A stretch of DNA of 64,000 nucleotides, taken from a virus (taxonomy: Duplodnaviria > Caudoviricetes). This document shows positions 51,993 to 59,602 of this stretch, piece by piece; the first letter of the stretch is position 1, and every line of letters starts with the position of its first letter. A program made the translations under genes and the position numbers. The notes below the pieces were generated by a model, which ran no database searches, was not told the DNA's origin, and was given only the letters and a program-made list of their open reading frames with translations. The stretch is from the IMG/VR virus record IMGVR_UViG_3300035208_003581, positions 32,001-96,000 of that record. One strand, written 5' to 3'.

Positions 51993-53043
51993 AGAATTAT
52001 TTAATAAATACCTGGGGTTATCTCGTTATTGGTATAATAAAGGTGTAGAGTATTTGAAAATTCCAAACACTAAGGCGTATATGCCTGAAGTAAGAAAGAT
52101 TCAATATAATCAACAACATGAGCCGTGGGCTCTTGATTGCCCTCAGCGAATTAGAGAACATGCTTTGTCATTAGCGTGTCAAGCAGTTAAGAATGCTAAA
52201 AAGAAATTTGCAATAACTAAATCATTTCAGATGGTTAGCTTTAAAAAGAAAAAAGATGTCCGTCAATCCTTTGGATTTGACCGTCAAAGTTTAGGAGGCG
52301 ACTATGTATTCAAGCAGCTGAAATATAAAGTTAATTTTTATTCTACTGAGAAATTTGATTCTGAATTAGAAGGAACAAGAATAATTAGAGAAAACCACAG
52401 GTGGTTTTTAATAGTTCCAGCTACAACACTTATAAAAATTCCCGATAACCAAAGGAATAATATAGTTGCTTTAGATCCTGGAATCAAAACTTTTGTTACT
52501 TTTTATTCTGAATTTAATCATGGTAAGATTGGGAGTGCTGATTTTAATAGAATATTTAGACTTTGCTTGTGTTTGGATAAATTAATTTCTAAAATATCCA
52601 AAGCAAAGTGTAAAGCTAAGCGCCGCATGCGGCGGGCCGCTTCAAGATTACGTTGGAAGATTAAAGACTTAATTAATGAATTACACCACCAAACAGCTAA
52701 CTTTTTAGTTAAAAATTTTAATGTAATTCTTCTTCCAACATTTGAAACGCAGCAGATGTCTTCAAAATTAAATAGTAAATCAGCAAGGAACATGTTAAGT
52801 TTTGCACATTTCAGGTTTAAACAATTTTTAAAGTTTAAAGCGAAAGAATATAACTGTAAAGTACTTGATGTATGCGAAGCTTATACTTCCAAGACGTGTT
52901 CTTACTGCGGTGAAATGCAGGAAATTGGAAGTAAATCTATTTTAAAATGCACTAATTGTGGTGTAAAAGTAGATCGAGATTTAAACGGCGCTCGTAATAT
53001 TTATTTACGAGCCTTGGCGGTTACGCCCTTTGGGCTCAATTAA
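51538..53043 (+). CDS. tnpB: TnpB RNA-guided nuclease with Fanzor-type rearranged RuvC (start uncertain)
   Basis: KIRIYP, ALDPGIKTF, ILLPTF, VCEAYTSKTCSYCG, CTNCG, DRDLNGARNI. Confidence 0.92.
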   Translation: MIYHPYPNLIVVKLYTQEFLQKDRAMILTHKYSILEQDIQTMSLSKISDLVSTSNAKGLQPFWNDCCLEMSKRLLLHTATGSAGSDLNYSLPLQRNLIPKSWFSTMHSSHHTTNSSPICSQLSTFSPVGFTDSENILRKSKKIRIYPNKNSKELFNKYLGLSRYWYNKGVEYLKIPNTKAYMPEVRKIQYNQQHEPWALDCPQRIREHALSLACQAVKNAKKKFAITKSFQMVSFKKKKDVRQSFGFDRQSLGGDYVFKQLKYKVNFYSTEKFDSELEGTRIIRENHRWFLIVPATTLIKIPDNQRNNIVALDPGIKTFVTFYSEFNHGKIGSADFNRIFRLCLCLDKLISKISKAKCKAKRRMRRAASRLRWKIKDLINELHHQTANFLVKNFNVILLPTFETQQMSSKLNSKSARNMLSFAHFRFKQFLKFKAKEYNCKVLDVCEAYTSKTCSYCGEMQEIGSKSILKCTNCGVKVDRDLNGARNIYLRALAVTPFGLN

Positions 53044-53107
53044 GAGTTCAATGCATTTGTTAACAATTGTTAGCAGAAAAGTAGCAGATTTCTGATATTT
53101 GTGTATC
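52930..53107 (+). ncRNA. Putative omegaRNA (scaffold plus flank-derived guide); 5' end unknown
   Basis: Expected position at the tnpB 3' end/right end; stems gctcgtaa/ttacgagc (52990-53012), gagcc/ggctc (53009-53037) and ggcg/cgcc. Confidence 0.55.
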
Positions 53108-53750
53108 AGATGACATTTCTCGTTTACTTCCATCTGAAATGATGAAGTTGGTGAATCCGAAATTAAAACTTTTATTCTATAAAGATTTTTATGAAAAATC
53201 TTTATTATCATATGAACTGAAAGGTATGGAAAAAGAGGGTAAAGGTCCAATAATTATTGCTGTTGATAACTCTGGTTCCATGTCAGGGAATAGAGAAATA
53301 TGGTCTAAGGCTATTGCACTTACTCTTCTTGACATTGCTATTAAACAAAAACGTAACTTTGTTCTATACCATTTTAATACTCGTGTGACTTTTACATATG
53401 AAAAAATAAAAAATGACTCTGTAGATATTGAAAATTTATTTTCAGCTATGGAACACTTTTCAAGTGGTGGAACTTCATTTAAACAAGTTCTTGATTCTGC
53501 TTTAAATAAAATGGAACAGGATGAATTTAAAAAAGCAGATGTTATTTTAATCACAGATGGTGAAGCAGATGATCATGATGCAAAGATGTATAAAGAAAAA
53601 GCACATAGGTTAAAAACTACAACATACGGTATTGTAATTGGTAATAAAGATTCTGCACGTCAATGTGTTGAGAAATTCTGTGATTCCACATATACATTAA
53701 ACGATCTAACTCAAGATTCAACTATTACTTCAAATATATTTTCTATTTAA
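53088..53750 (+). pseudogene. 5'-truncated ViaA/CoxE-like VWA-domain gene
   Basis: ISDICVSDDISRLLPSE in frame before ATG 53139; KGPIIIAVDNSGSM (MIDAS), GGTSF, LITDG; in-frame TAG at 53082 lies inside the IS end. Confidence 0.75.
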
Positions 53751-53779
53751 TTGACAATCATTTTATGTTCTGTTATAAA
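53751..53779 (+). promoter_or_regulatory. Sigma70-type promoter
   Basis: TTGACA-17 nt-TATAAA with TGn extension, intergenic, upstream of AGGAG and ATG 53813. Confidence 0.7.
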
Positions 53780-53812
53780 AAATTGATAGTTTAATAATTA
53801 CTATAGGAGATT

Positions 53813-54067
53813 ATGATGGATTTATTAAAGATTACTTCTGTAACTCAATATGACCAGAAAACAGAAGAAAATTTAAAACTTGCTGTTGATATGTCCGATA
53901 TTGCTCGTATTGAGCCATGCCATATTGATGACGAGCATGATGGTAGTGCTATATACCTGAAAAGTGTAGAGAAATCTGAATCTATTCAAAATAAAGTCCC
54001 TATTTTGGTTTTAGAACATTACGATGACCTAATTAAAGAAATGTCAGACCATCAATATTTTCTTTAA
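53813..54067 (+). CDS. Small hypothetical protein (FlbD/YlzI-like pattern)
   Basis: AGGAG RBS; IARIEP...IYL...V.E..DDL pattern, weak. Confidence 0.6.
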   Translation: MMDLLKITSVTQYDQKTEENLKLAVDMSDIARIEPCHIDDEHDGSAIYLKSVEKSESIQNKVPILVLEHYDDLIKEMSDHQYFL

Positions 54068-54124
54068 AATTACCTAACATACTTGTATATTAAGATGTAA
54101 CAGATAACTTCATAGGAGAAAGTT

Positions 54125-56047
54125 ATGAAATCGTCTTTTTATGCAGTATTGATTGCTATCAGTCTAATCGGTTGTGGTCAAAATGTAGTGACCTCTGAAC
54201 CAAATACAGAGTCATGTACTATCCAAGGTACAGTTATGATATGCCCAGATGGGACATCTTATGACATGGCTCAAACAAATCCAGTTTGTACGATCAAGCA
54301 TATTAGCACACAAGTAGCTATTGTGTGTGACGATGGTACAAGAATAAATGTATATGACGGTGCTGATGGTCAAGACGGTTCATCATGTACAGTATTGGAT
54401 AATCTAAACGGTACTTATACAGCATCATGTACCGATGGTACTTCAATTACTTTTGAAGATGGTCAAAAAGGTGATGATGGTAATTCATGTTCGGTATATT
54501 CTACTCCTGCTGATAATACAATGACCATTACTTGTACTGATGGTACTGCTATTACCTTTTATAATGGTAAAGATGGTCAGGATGGTGTTGATGGTCAGGA
54601 TGGTCAGGATGGTCAGGATGGTCAGGATGGTGTTTCTTGTACAATTAATAATAACTTTGATGGTACACATACCATGGCATGTACTAATGGCACTTCTATT
54701 TTGTTACATGATGGTGCTGATGGTCAGGATGGTTCTGATGGTCAGGACGGTGATTCTTGTACTGTTCATGATAATTTGAATGATACGTATACGATTTCAT
54801 GTACTGATGGTACATCAGTCACTTTTAGTAATGGAGCCGATGGAACCAATGGTACGAATGGTACTAATGGGACAGATGGTGTAGACGGAACAAATGGTAC
54901 AAATGGTACAAATGGTACATCTTGTACAGTTCACGATAATTTAAATGATACCTACACAATTTCTTGTACTGATGGTACGAGTGTGACAGTACATGATGGT
55001 GAAGATGGTGTTAATGGAACTAATGGAACAAACGGTACTAATGGGACAAACGGTACTAATGGAACTGATGGAACCAATGGGACTGACGGGACAGATGGTT
55101 ATACTTCATTAATCCGCACTGATTCAACCACAGACTGTTATTATGGTGGTGATTTAGTTCTATTCGGTATTGATACAGACCGTGATGGGTATTTAGATGA
55201 TGATGAAGTTCAAGATTCATATTTGAATTGTTTCACAGATGGTAGTCAGTATAAGGTATATTATGGTAATTTTACAGTATATGATTATTTAGACCTTATG
55301 TATATACGTGAGTATAATCGTATCGAAGGCACATTGACTATAACTAATACTGCAATTACAGTTATTGAACTACCTAAATTAGAGTATGTAAATGCAATTG
55401 CAATTTCAGGTAATTCAGTACTAACAACAATAAATTTCCCAGTATTAAAGCAAATAGGTGATATTGGTATCACAGGTATGGGTAGTATTGGTATTTTAAG
55501 TATTGATTTAAATCAAAATTTAACCAGTGTCCATTTTGATGCCTTAGAAGTTCTTGTTGGTTTTACAAGCAGAAGTGCTTGTAGTCATACTGAAGCAAAA
55601 ACACAGATACTTATTCAAAGAAATTTCCGTCTTGAAGAGATAGATACATTTCATAATGTTCAGCTTGGAAATATAAAAATTTGTATGAATGATAACCTTC
55701 AGGTAATAAATGGCTTTGAGAATGTTGGAGCTAGTATGGATATTAATGGTTCCGTATATGATTATCGTTTTTACTTAGATAATAATCCTGTACTAGTTGA
55801 TTTAATAACTTCATTTACAGATAAAGAATTAGAAACATTGGAGCTACTACGTAATGTATCATTAAGTTTTGAATCTGCTTCATTAGTTGGTGAAGCTCAC
55901 TTAGTGTCTTCTAAACTGAATGTTTGGAATGATTCTCCAGTATTAGCATATTCACGTTGTGATGCTTGCACCATAACACGGTCAGTAGACATTGTAAGTG
56001 CTTTCCAATCTCCTAGCGTAGCATCTTGTGATCAAGATTGTCCATAA
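54125..56047 (+). CDS. Lipoprotein with collagen-like repeats, Cys-pair repeats and LRR/receptor-L-like C-terminus
   Basis: Lipobox LIGC; (GQD)n and (GTN)n; SCTVxDNxxxTYTISCTDGT repeats; GIDTDRDGYLDDDEV; IxxNxxLxxIxFxxL repeats. Confidence 0.8.
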   Translation: MKSSFYAVLIAISLIGCGQNVVTSEPNTESCTIQGTVMICPDGTSYDMAQTNPVCTIKHISTQVAIVCDDGTRINVYDGADGQDGSSCTVLDNLNGTYTASCTDGTSITFEDGQKGDDGNSCSVYSTPADNTMTITCTDGTAITFYNGKDGQDGVDGQDGQDGQDGQDGVSCTINNNFDGTHTMACTNGTSILLHDGADGQDGSDGQDGDSCTVHDNLNDTYTISCTDGTSVTFSNGADGTNGTNGTNGTDGVDGTNGTNGTNGTSCTVHDNLNDTYTISCTDGTSVTVHDGEDGVNGTNGTNGTNGTNGTNGTDGTNGTDGTDGYTSLIRTDSTTDCYYGGDLVLFGIDTDRDGYLDDDEVQDSYLNCFTDGSQYKVYYGNFTVYDYLDLMYIREYNRIEGTLTITNTAITVIELPKLEYVNAIAISGNSVLTTINFPVLKQIGDIGITGMGSIGILSIDLNQNLTSVHFDALEVLVGFTSRSACSHTEAKTQILIQRNFRLEEIDTFHNVQLGNIKICMNDNLQVINGFENVGASMDINGSVYDYRFYLDNNPVLVDLITSFTDKELETLELLRNVSLSFESASLVGEAHLVSSKLNVWNDSPVLAYSRCDACTITRSVDIVSAFQSPSVASCDQDCP

Positions 56048-56070
56048 TATAAATCAAGTATAGAGGTGGT

Positions 56071-56619
56071 ATGATGAAAATTGAAAATTTACAACCTGGC
56101 ATGTTTGTAGCAATAGGTTCTAAATTGGATATGTCTCAAGACACAGTATCAAAAGCATTAATACTCTGTGTTGGTAAAGAATTAAAACAGACTAAAGAAG
56201 ATGTAATTCTTATTGAAAATCCAAGGTCTGTTATTGTGCTACTATCACCATATGGTGAAGAATTTCCAGAAGTTATTAGAGATATTCTTAATATGGATGT
56301 ATATGATGCTATTATTTCATTACGATCAAGTTCACGTCTAATAGCACGTACATATTTAGCAAATCAAATACCTATGTCTTGGCCAAATTGGATTATTGAA
56401 AAACAAAAAATTCTACCTGAAATTGATTTAAACAGTTCTAAGAATGAATTAAAACGCCGAGTGAGTGAAGAAATCCCTCACCTATTAAATGAACTTGATA
56501 AGATAGGTATACAAGCATCATCTTCAAGTACAACTCCACCAGGGTCAATTACACTGCAATTATGTGATATTAAAAAGTGGATTGGTATAACAAAAAAATT
56601 AATGCATCGATATAATTAG
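56071..56619 (+). CDS. Hypothetical protein
   Basis: GAGGTGG RBS; 182 aa. Confidence 0.65.
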   Translation: MMKIENLQPGMFVAIGSKLDMSQDTVSKALILCVGKELKQTKEDVILIENPRSVIVLLSPYGEEFPEVIRDILNMDVYDAIISLRSSSRLIARTYLANQIPMSWPNWIIEKQKILPEIDLNSSKNELKRRVSEEIPHLLNELDKIGIQASSSSTTPPGSITLQLCDIKKWIGITKKLMHRYN

Positions 56620-57047
56620 TCTTCATTTTCTGGTATTGGTGGGACTTGTCGTGGTTCAGGATCTTCATCCTTCATAGGTAAATTGTCTATAATGGTTATT
56701 TTCTTTGTTGTTTCAGGGATATCTTTTTTAGACATTGCAGCACTTACAGTAGAAGATATTTTATCTGTAAGTGCTTGTGGGAGTGAAGCTTTTAATTTAT
56801 CAGCACCATTATGAGCAAATTTTCCTACATTATTAAACAAACCAAATGATGTTGCATTCCCAATAGTAAAATATGCCCAAATTTCAAATATGTTTATCAA
56901 TGTACTTGCTTGTTCTTTTGCATTCATTGCAGTTTTAACAATAATATCAAATGCATAATACGTGAGTGTAGTAGCAGCAATTTCAATAGCTACAGCAATA
57001 AGAAATTTACGAGTGAAGAAACTGAGGATGAGAGATTTGCAATTCAT
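56616..57047 (-). CDS. Two-TM membrane protein, holin-like
   Basis: TRKFLIAV followed by two hydrophobic segments and a charged tail; AAGGAG RBS. Confidence 0.55.
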   Translation of the reverse strand: MNCKSLILSFFTRKFLIAVAIEIAATTLTYYAFDIIVKTAMNAKEQASTLINIFEIWAYFTIGNATSFGLFNNVGKFAHNGADKLKASLPQALTDKISSTVSAAMSKKDIPETTKKITIIDNLPMKDEDPEPRQVPPIPENED

Positions 57048-57140
57048 GTCGAACTCCTTTGAAATAATGTTCTAAATATATTGTAAAAATAATATATTAT
57101 TGTATAGTGTTGTTGAACCTTAATTTGAAAGGACTTGAAT

Positions 57141-57539
57141 ATGACTACTAAAATCAAAGTTAACAAATCTATGATGAAAAAATCCATTACAAAAATTTCT
57201 CTTGGAAATGTATGCCGATATACAGAATCAGTTTTAAAACAAGAATTGGATACATTATGTATTGCAGGTAATGGGTTTAACCATATCATTCCAAAGAAAG
57301 AATTAAGTTCTGGAGATGCCTGTTTATTATCGGCAGTATTGCAGGGTAATCATGAGATAATAAAAGTGATAACACTTTTTAAACAGATGGAAAATCATTT
57401 GTTTGTTTGGATTGAGACTTATTTTAAAACTGATCAAATTGGACAAATAAAAATTGCAGTATCTTCTTTACCAGAATTGAAGTATCAATTGAAAAGTTCA
57501 ATTGATACTTTACGTAAAAAAAATATCTGTTTAAAATAA
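57141..57539 (+). CDS. Hypothetical protein
   Basis: AAGGA upstream; in frame with track ORF 57135. Confidence 0.6.
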   Translation: MTTKIKVNKSMMKKSITKISLGNVCRYTESVLKQELDTLCIAGNGFNHIIPKKELSSGDACLLSAVLQGNHEIIKVITLFKQMENHLFVWIETYFKTDQIGQIKIAVSSLPELKYQLKSSIDTLRKKNICLK

Positions 57540-57562
57540 TTTTTCTAAAATGGATATGGATC

Positions 57563-57719
57563 ATGACTAGTCAAAAAAAGTGATGAAAGAGTAAAGGAAC
57601 TTCTCACAGAAAATTGTGAGTTAAAAGTTCAAATAATGGAATTAAATAAAAAGATAAGAGAACTTGAATGTAAAGTTCAAACTATGAAGAACTTTGCAAT
57701 GTCAATACTTGATCAATAA
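57563..57719 (+). pseudogene. Small coiled-coil gene frameshifted in an A7 tract
   Basis: ATG ACT AGT C-A7-GTGA stops at once; removing one A gives MTSQKSDERVKELLTENCELKVQ...SILDQ*. Confidence 0.5.
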
Positions 57720-57776
57720 ACAGTTTGTATACTCATTATATGTTAGTGTCTTTAACATTTAAGAGGGAGATGAAAA

Positions 57777-57950
57777 ATGGGACAGTATCGTTATTTGAAA
57801 TGTATAAGTGCTAGTATTTCTGATAGTGAGAAATTTGAAACTTATCTTGATGAGGCTATGCATGCATTGAATAGTGCATGGAATTTTTCTAATGATAAAT
57901 TACTACAAGATGATAATAAAGAATTTAGAAAAGCTTATGAAGCTCTTTAA
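57777..57950 (+). CDS. Small hypothetical protein (57 aa)
   Basis: GGGAG RBS; MGQYRYLKCISAS...KAYEAL*. Confidence 0.55.
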   Translation: MGQYRYLKCISASISDSEKFETYLDEAMHALNSAWNFSNDKLLQDDNKEFRKAYEAL

Positions 57951-58048
57951 AATGTGTATAAAATACACAACATATCTGCTAGATAATATCTATAGTCTAT
58001 TTATATTTACCCTATCATAGATTTCTTTAATTCACATATGGGTGAAAG

Positions 58049-58222
58049 ATGCACAAGTATAGAGTTACTTTTGGGTCTGTTGATTTAAATACTGGTGACG
58101 AGTGGAGAGAATCAAAAATAATGTCAGGTGAAGATGATCAAGAGATTGGTCGCAGGGTGTTTAAATATAACCCTAAAATTCAATGGTTATCTATAGAGTT
58201 AGTTGATTCCGAAATCAACTAA
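58049..58222 (+). CDS. Small hypothetical protein (57 aa)
   Basis: GGTGA upstream; MHKYRVTFGSVD...ELVDSEIN*. Confidence 0.55.
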   Translation: MHKYRVTFGSVDLNTGDEWRESKIMSGEDDQEIGRRVFKYNPKIQWLSIELVDSEIN

Positions 58223-58363
58223 AAAATCAACTTCTGGCTCAGAATATACAGCAGGATCATTTTTTATTTCTTCAAATAAAAAATGATCTTCAATTTGAAT
58301 AGTCTCTTGAATAGTCTCTTGAATAGCTTCCTGTTTTAGAGTATCAATAATCCAAGCTTGCAT
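58199..58363 (-). CDS. Small acidic protein (54 aa)
   Basis: AAGGAG RBS; MQAWIIDTLKQEAIQETIQETIQ...LVDFGIN*; contains a 12-bp tandem repeat at 58295-58326. Confidence 0.65.
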   Translation of the reverse strand: MQAWIIDTLKQEAIQETIQETIQIEDHFLFEEIKNDPAVYSEPEVDFLVDFGIN

Positions 58364-58449
58364 GACAGCTCCTTTTTTTGGTTCTCTCTTATATATAAAT
58401 ATTAATTCTAAAATTAAAATTTTTTTGTATTATATTTTGGAGGTGATCT

Positions 58450-58896
58450 ATGAATTTTTATGATGATGATGAAATTTTTAATGTTGATAAAGATTCCCTT
58501 ATTAAAAATTCTAATTTTTCTGAATCTATCCAAAATTTGAAGTGGATTGAAAAAGATTTTGAGATAACTGTAGGGGAGAAAGAAATCATACAAAAAATAA
58601 AAGTGAAAGGTTTTGTTTGGGGAGTATGGGGGATACAACACATTAAAGATGAGGGTGGAGAACCTTTTTATCGTATCACATATATACCAAATGGTTATGC
58701 AGTATCAAATACTCGTATATATGATTTACATGATGCAAAAATGATAGCTGAGGAACTTCAAAAATATTTAAATAAAGATAATTCACTTCCTAAAAAAATA
58801 AATAAGATGAGAGAGAAGTATATTTCCTTAAAAGAAATTATTCTAAGTAGGACGGATTCATTGATTGGAGTTGAAGAGCAATGCGTGGTAAAGTAA
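58450..58896 (+). CDS. Hypothetical protein (GxWGIxH domain)
   Basis: GGAGGT RBS; shares a domain with 63364..63891. Confidence 0.7.
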   Translation: MNFYDDDEIFNVDKDSLIKNSNFSESIQNLKWIEKDFEITVGEKEIIQKIKVKGFVWGVWGIQHIKDEGGEPFYRITYIPNGYAVSNTRIYDLHDAKMIAEELQKYLNKDNSLPKKINKMREKYISLKEIILSRTDSLIGVEEQCVVK

Positions 58897-59083
58897 TGAT
58901 ACTTCCACATTCCTGACATTTTACAGTTATTTGACATAGGATAGAGTCTTTGAAATCGACAGGTAACCAATCAATTTTTTCACAATTAGGACATTCCAAA
59001 TTAAATATTTTTTTTACTTCTTGTTGTTGTTGTTGGATAGTTGGTAGGATTTCTTTACTGATACGGAGGTCAGACATTAACAT
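58838..59083 (-). CDS. Zinc-ribbon protein
   Basis: CPNC...CQEC; AAGGA upstream. Confidence 0.6.
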   Translation of the reverse strand: MLMSDLRISKEILPTIQQQQQEVKKIFNLECPNCEKIDWLPVDFKDSILCQITVKCQECGSIITLPRIALQLQSMNPSYLE

Positions 59084-59149
59084 GGGTAGTCCTTTCGGTT
59101 ATATTTTATCCATAGTACAAAATAAACAAAAAAGATAAAGTGGAAAATG

Positions 59150-59177
59150 AAGGGTTATTTTACAATAACCTTTTTTT
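59150..59177 (+). terminator. Putative intrinsic terminator
   Basis: aagggttatt-ttac-aataaccttt stem running into a T7 tract, intergenic. Confidence 0.45.
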
Positions 59178-59232
59178 AAGAGTAATTAACGTGTTATCAC
59201 GTATAGTTGTAAACTAAAAAAAGGAGTTTATT

Positions 59233-59529
59233 ATGTCTGGACCTAAAACTGATACATATGATTTAAATGATGAAGTAGATAATGTCTTATTTGATTCATA
59301 TGACGAAGATTACGAAGATGATGACGAAGATTACGAAGATGATGACTTTGATCCTAACAATATCATTCTTTTAGATGATGACGAAGATGAAGATGACGAA
59401 GACGAAGATGAAGACGAAGGTCTTGATGACCTTGATGACTTTGAAGATCTTGATGAAGATTTAGATCCTGATAATACTGTATATAATGTCTTTGATGACG
59501 ATAATGATGATGATGATAACTACTACTAA
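59233..59529 (+). CDS. Extremely acidic protein
   Basis: AAGGAG RBS; about 53 of 98 residues are D/E, one K, no R. Confidence 0.8.
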   Translation: MSGPKTDTYDLNDEVDNVLFDSYDEDYEDDDEDYEDDDFDPNNIILLDDDEDEDDEDEDEDEGLDDLDDFEDLDEDLDPDNTVYNVFDDDNDDDDNYY

Positions 59530-59602
59530 TCTATATCATTTTTAAATTAATAAATATTTTTGTATTATGATTGAATCACATCTTATAAGGAAAGGTGTCA
59601 TA

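Larger units (their letters stand above)
51344..53087 (+). mobile_element. IS607-family element (tnpA serine recombinase + Fanzor-like tnpB); ends approximate
   Basis: tnpA+tnpB; visibly higher GC in tnpA; no terminal inverted repeats; short direct repeats TTAACAA at 51366, 51396 and 53060; AG at both proposed junctions. Confidence 0.85.

Noticed and set aside
54750-55000. Duplicated SCTVHDNLNDTYTISCTDGTSVT unit as DGR or CRISPR
   Set aside because: Differences are synonymous; it is an ordinary intragenic protein repeat.
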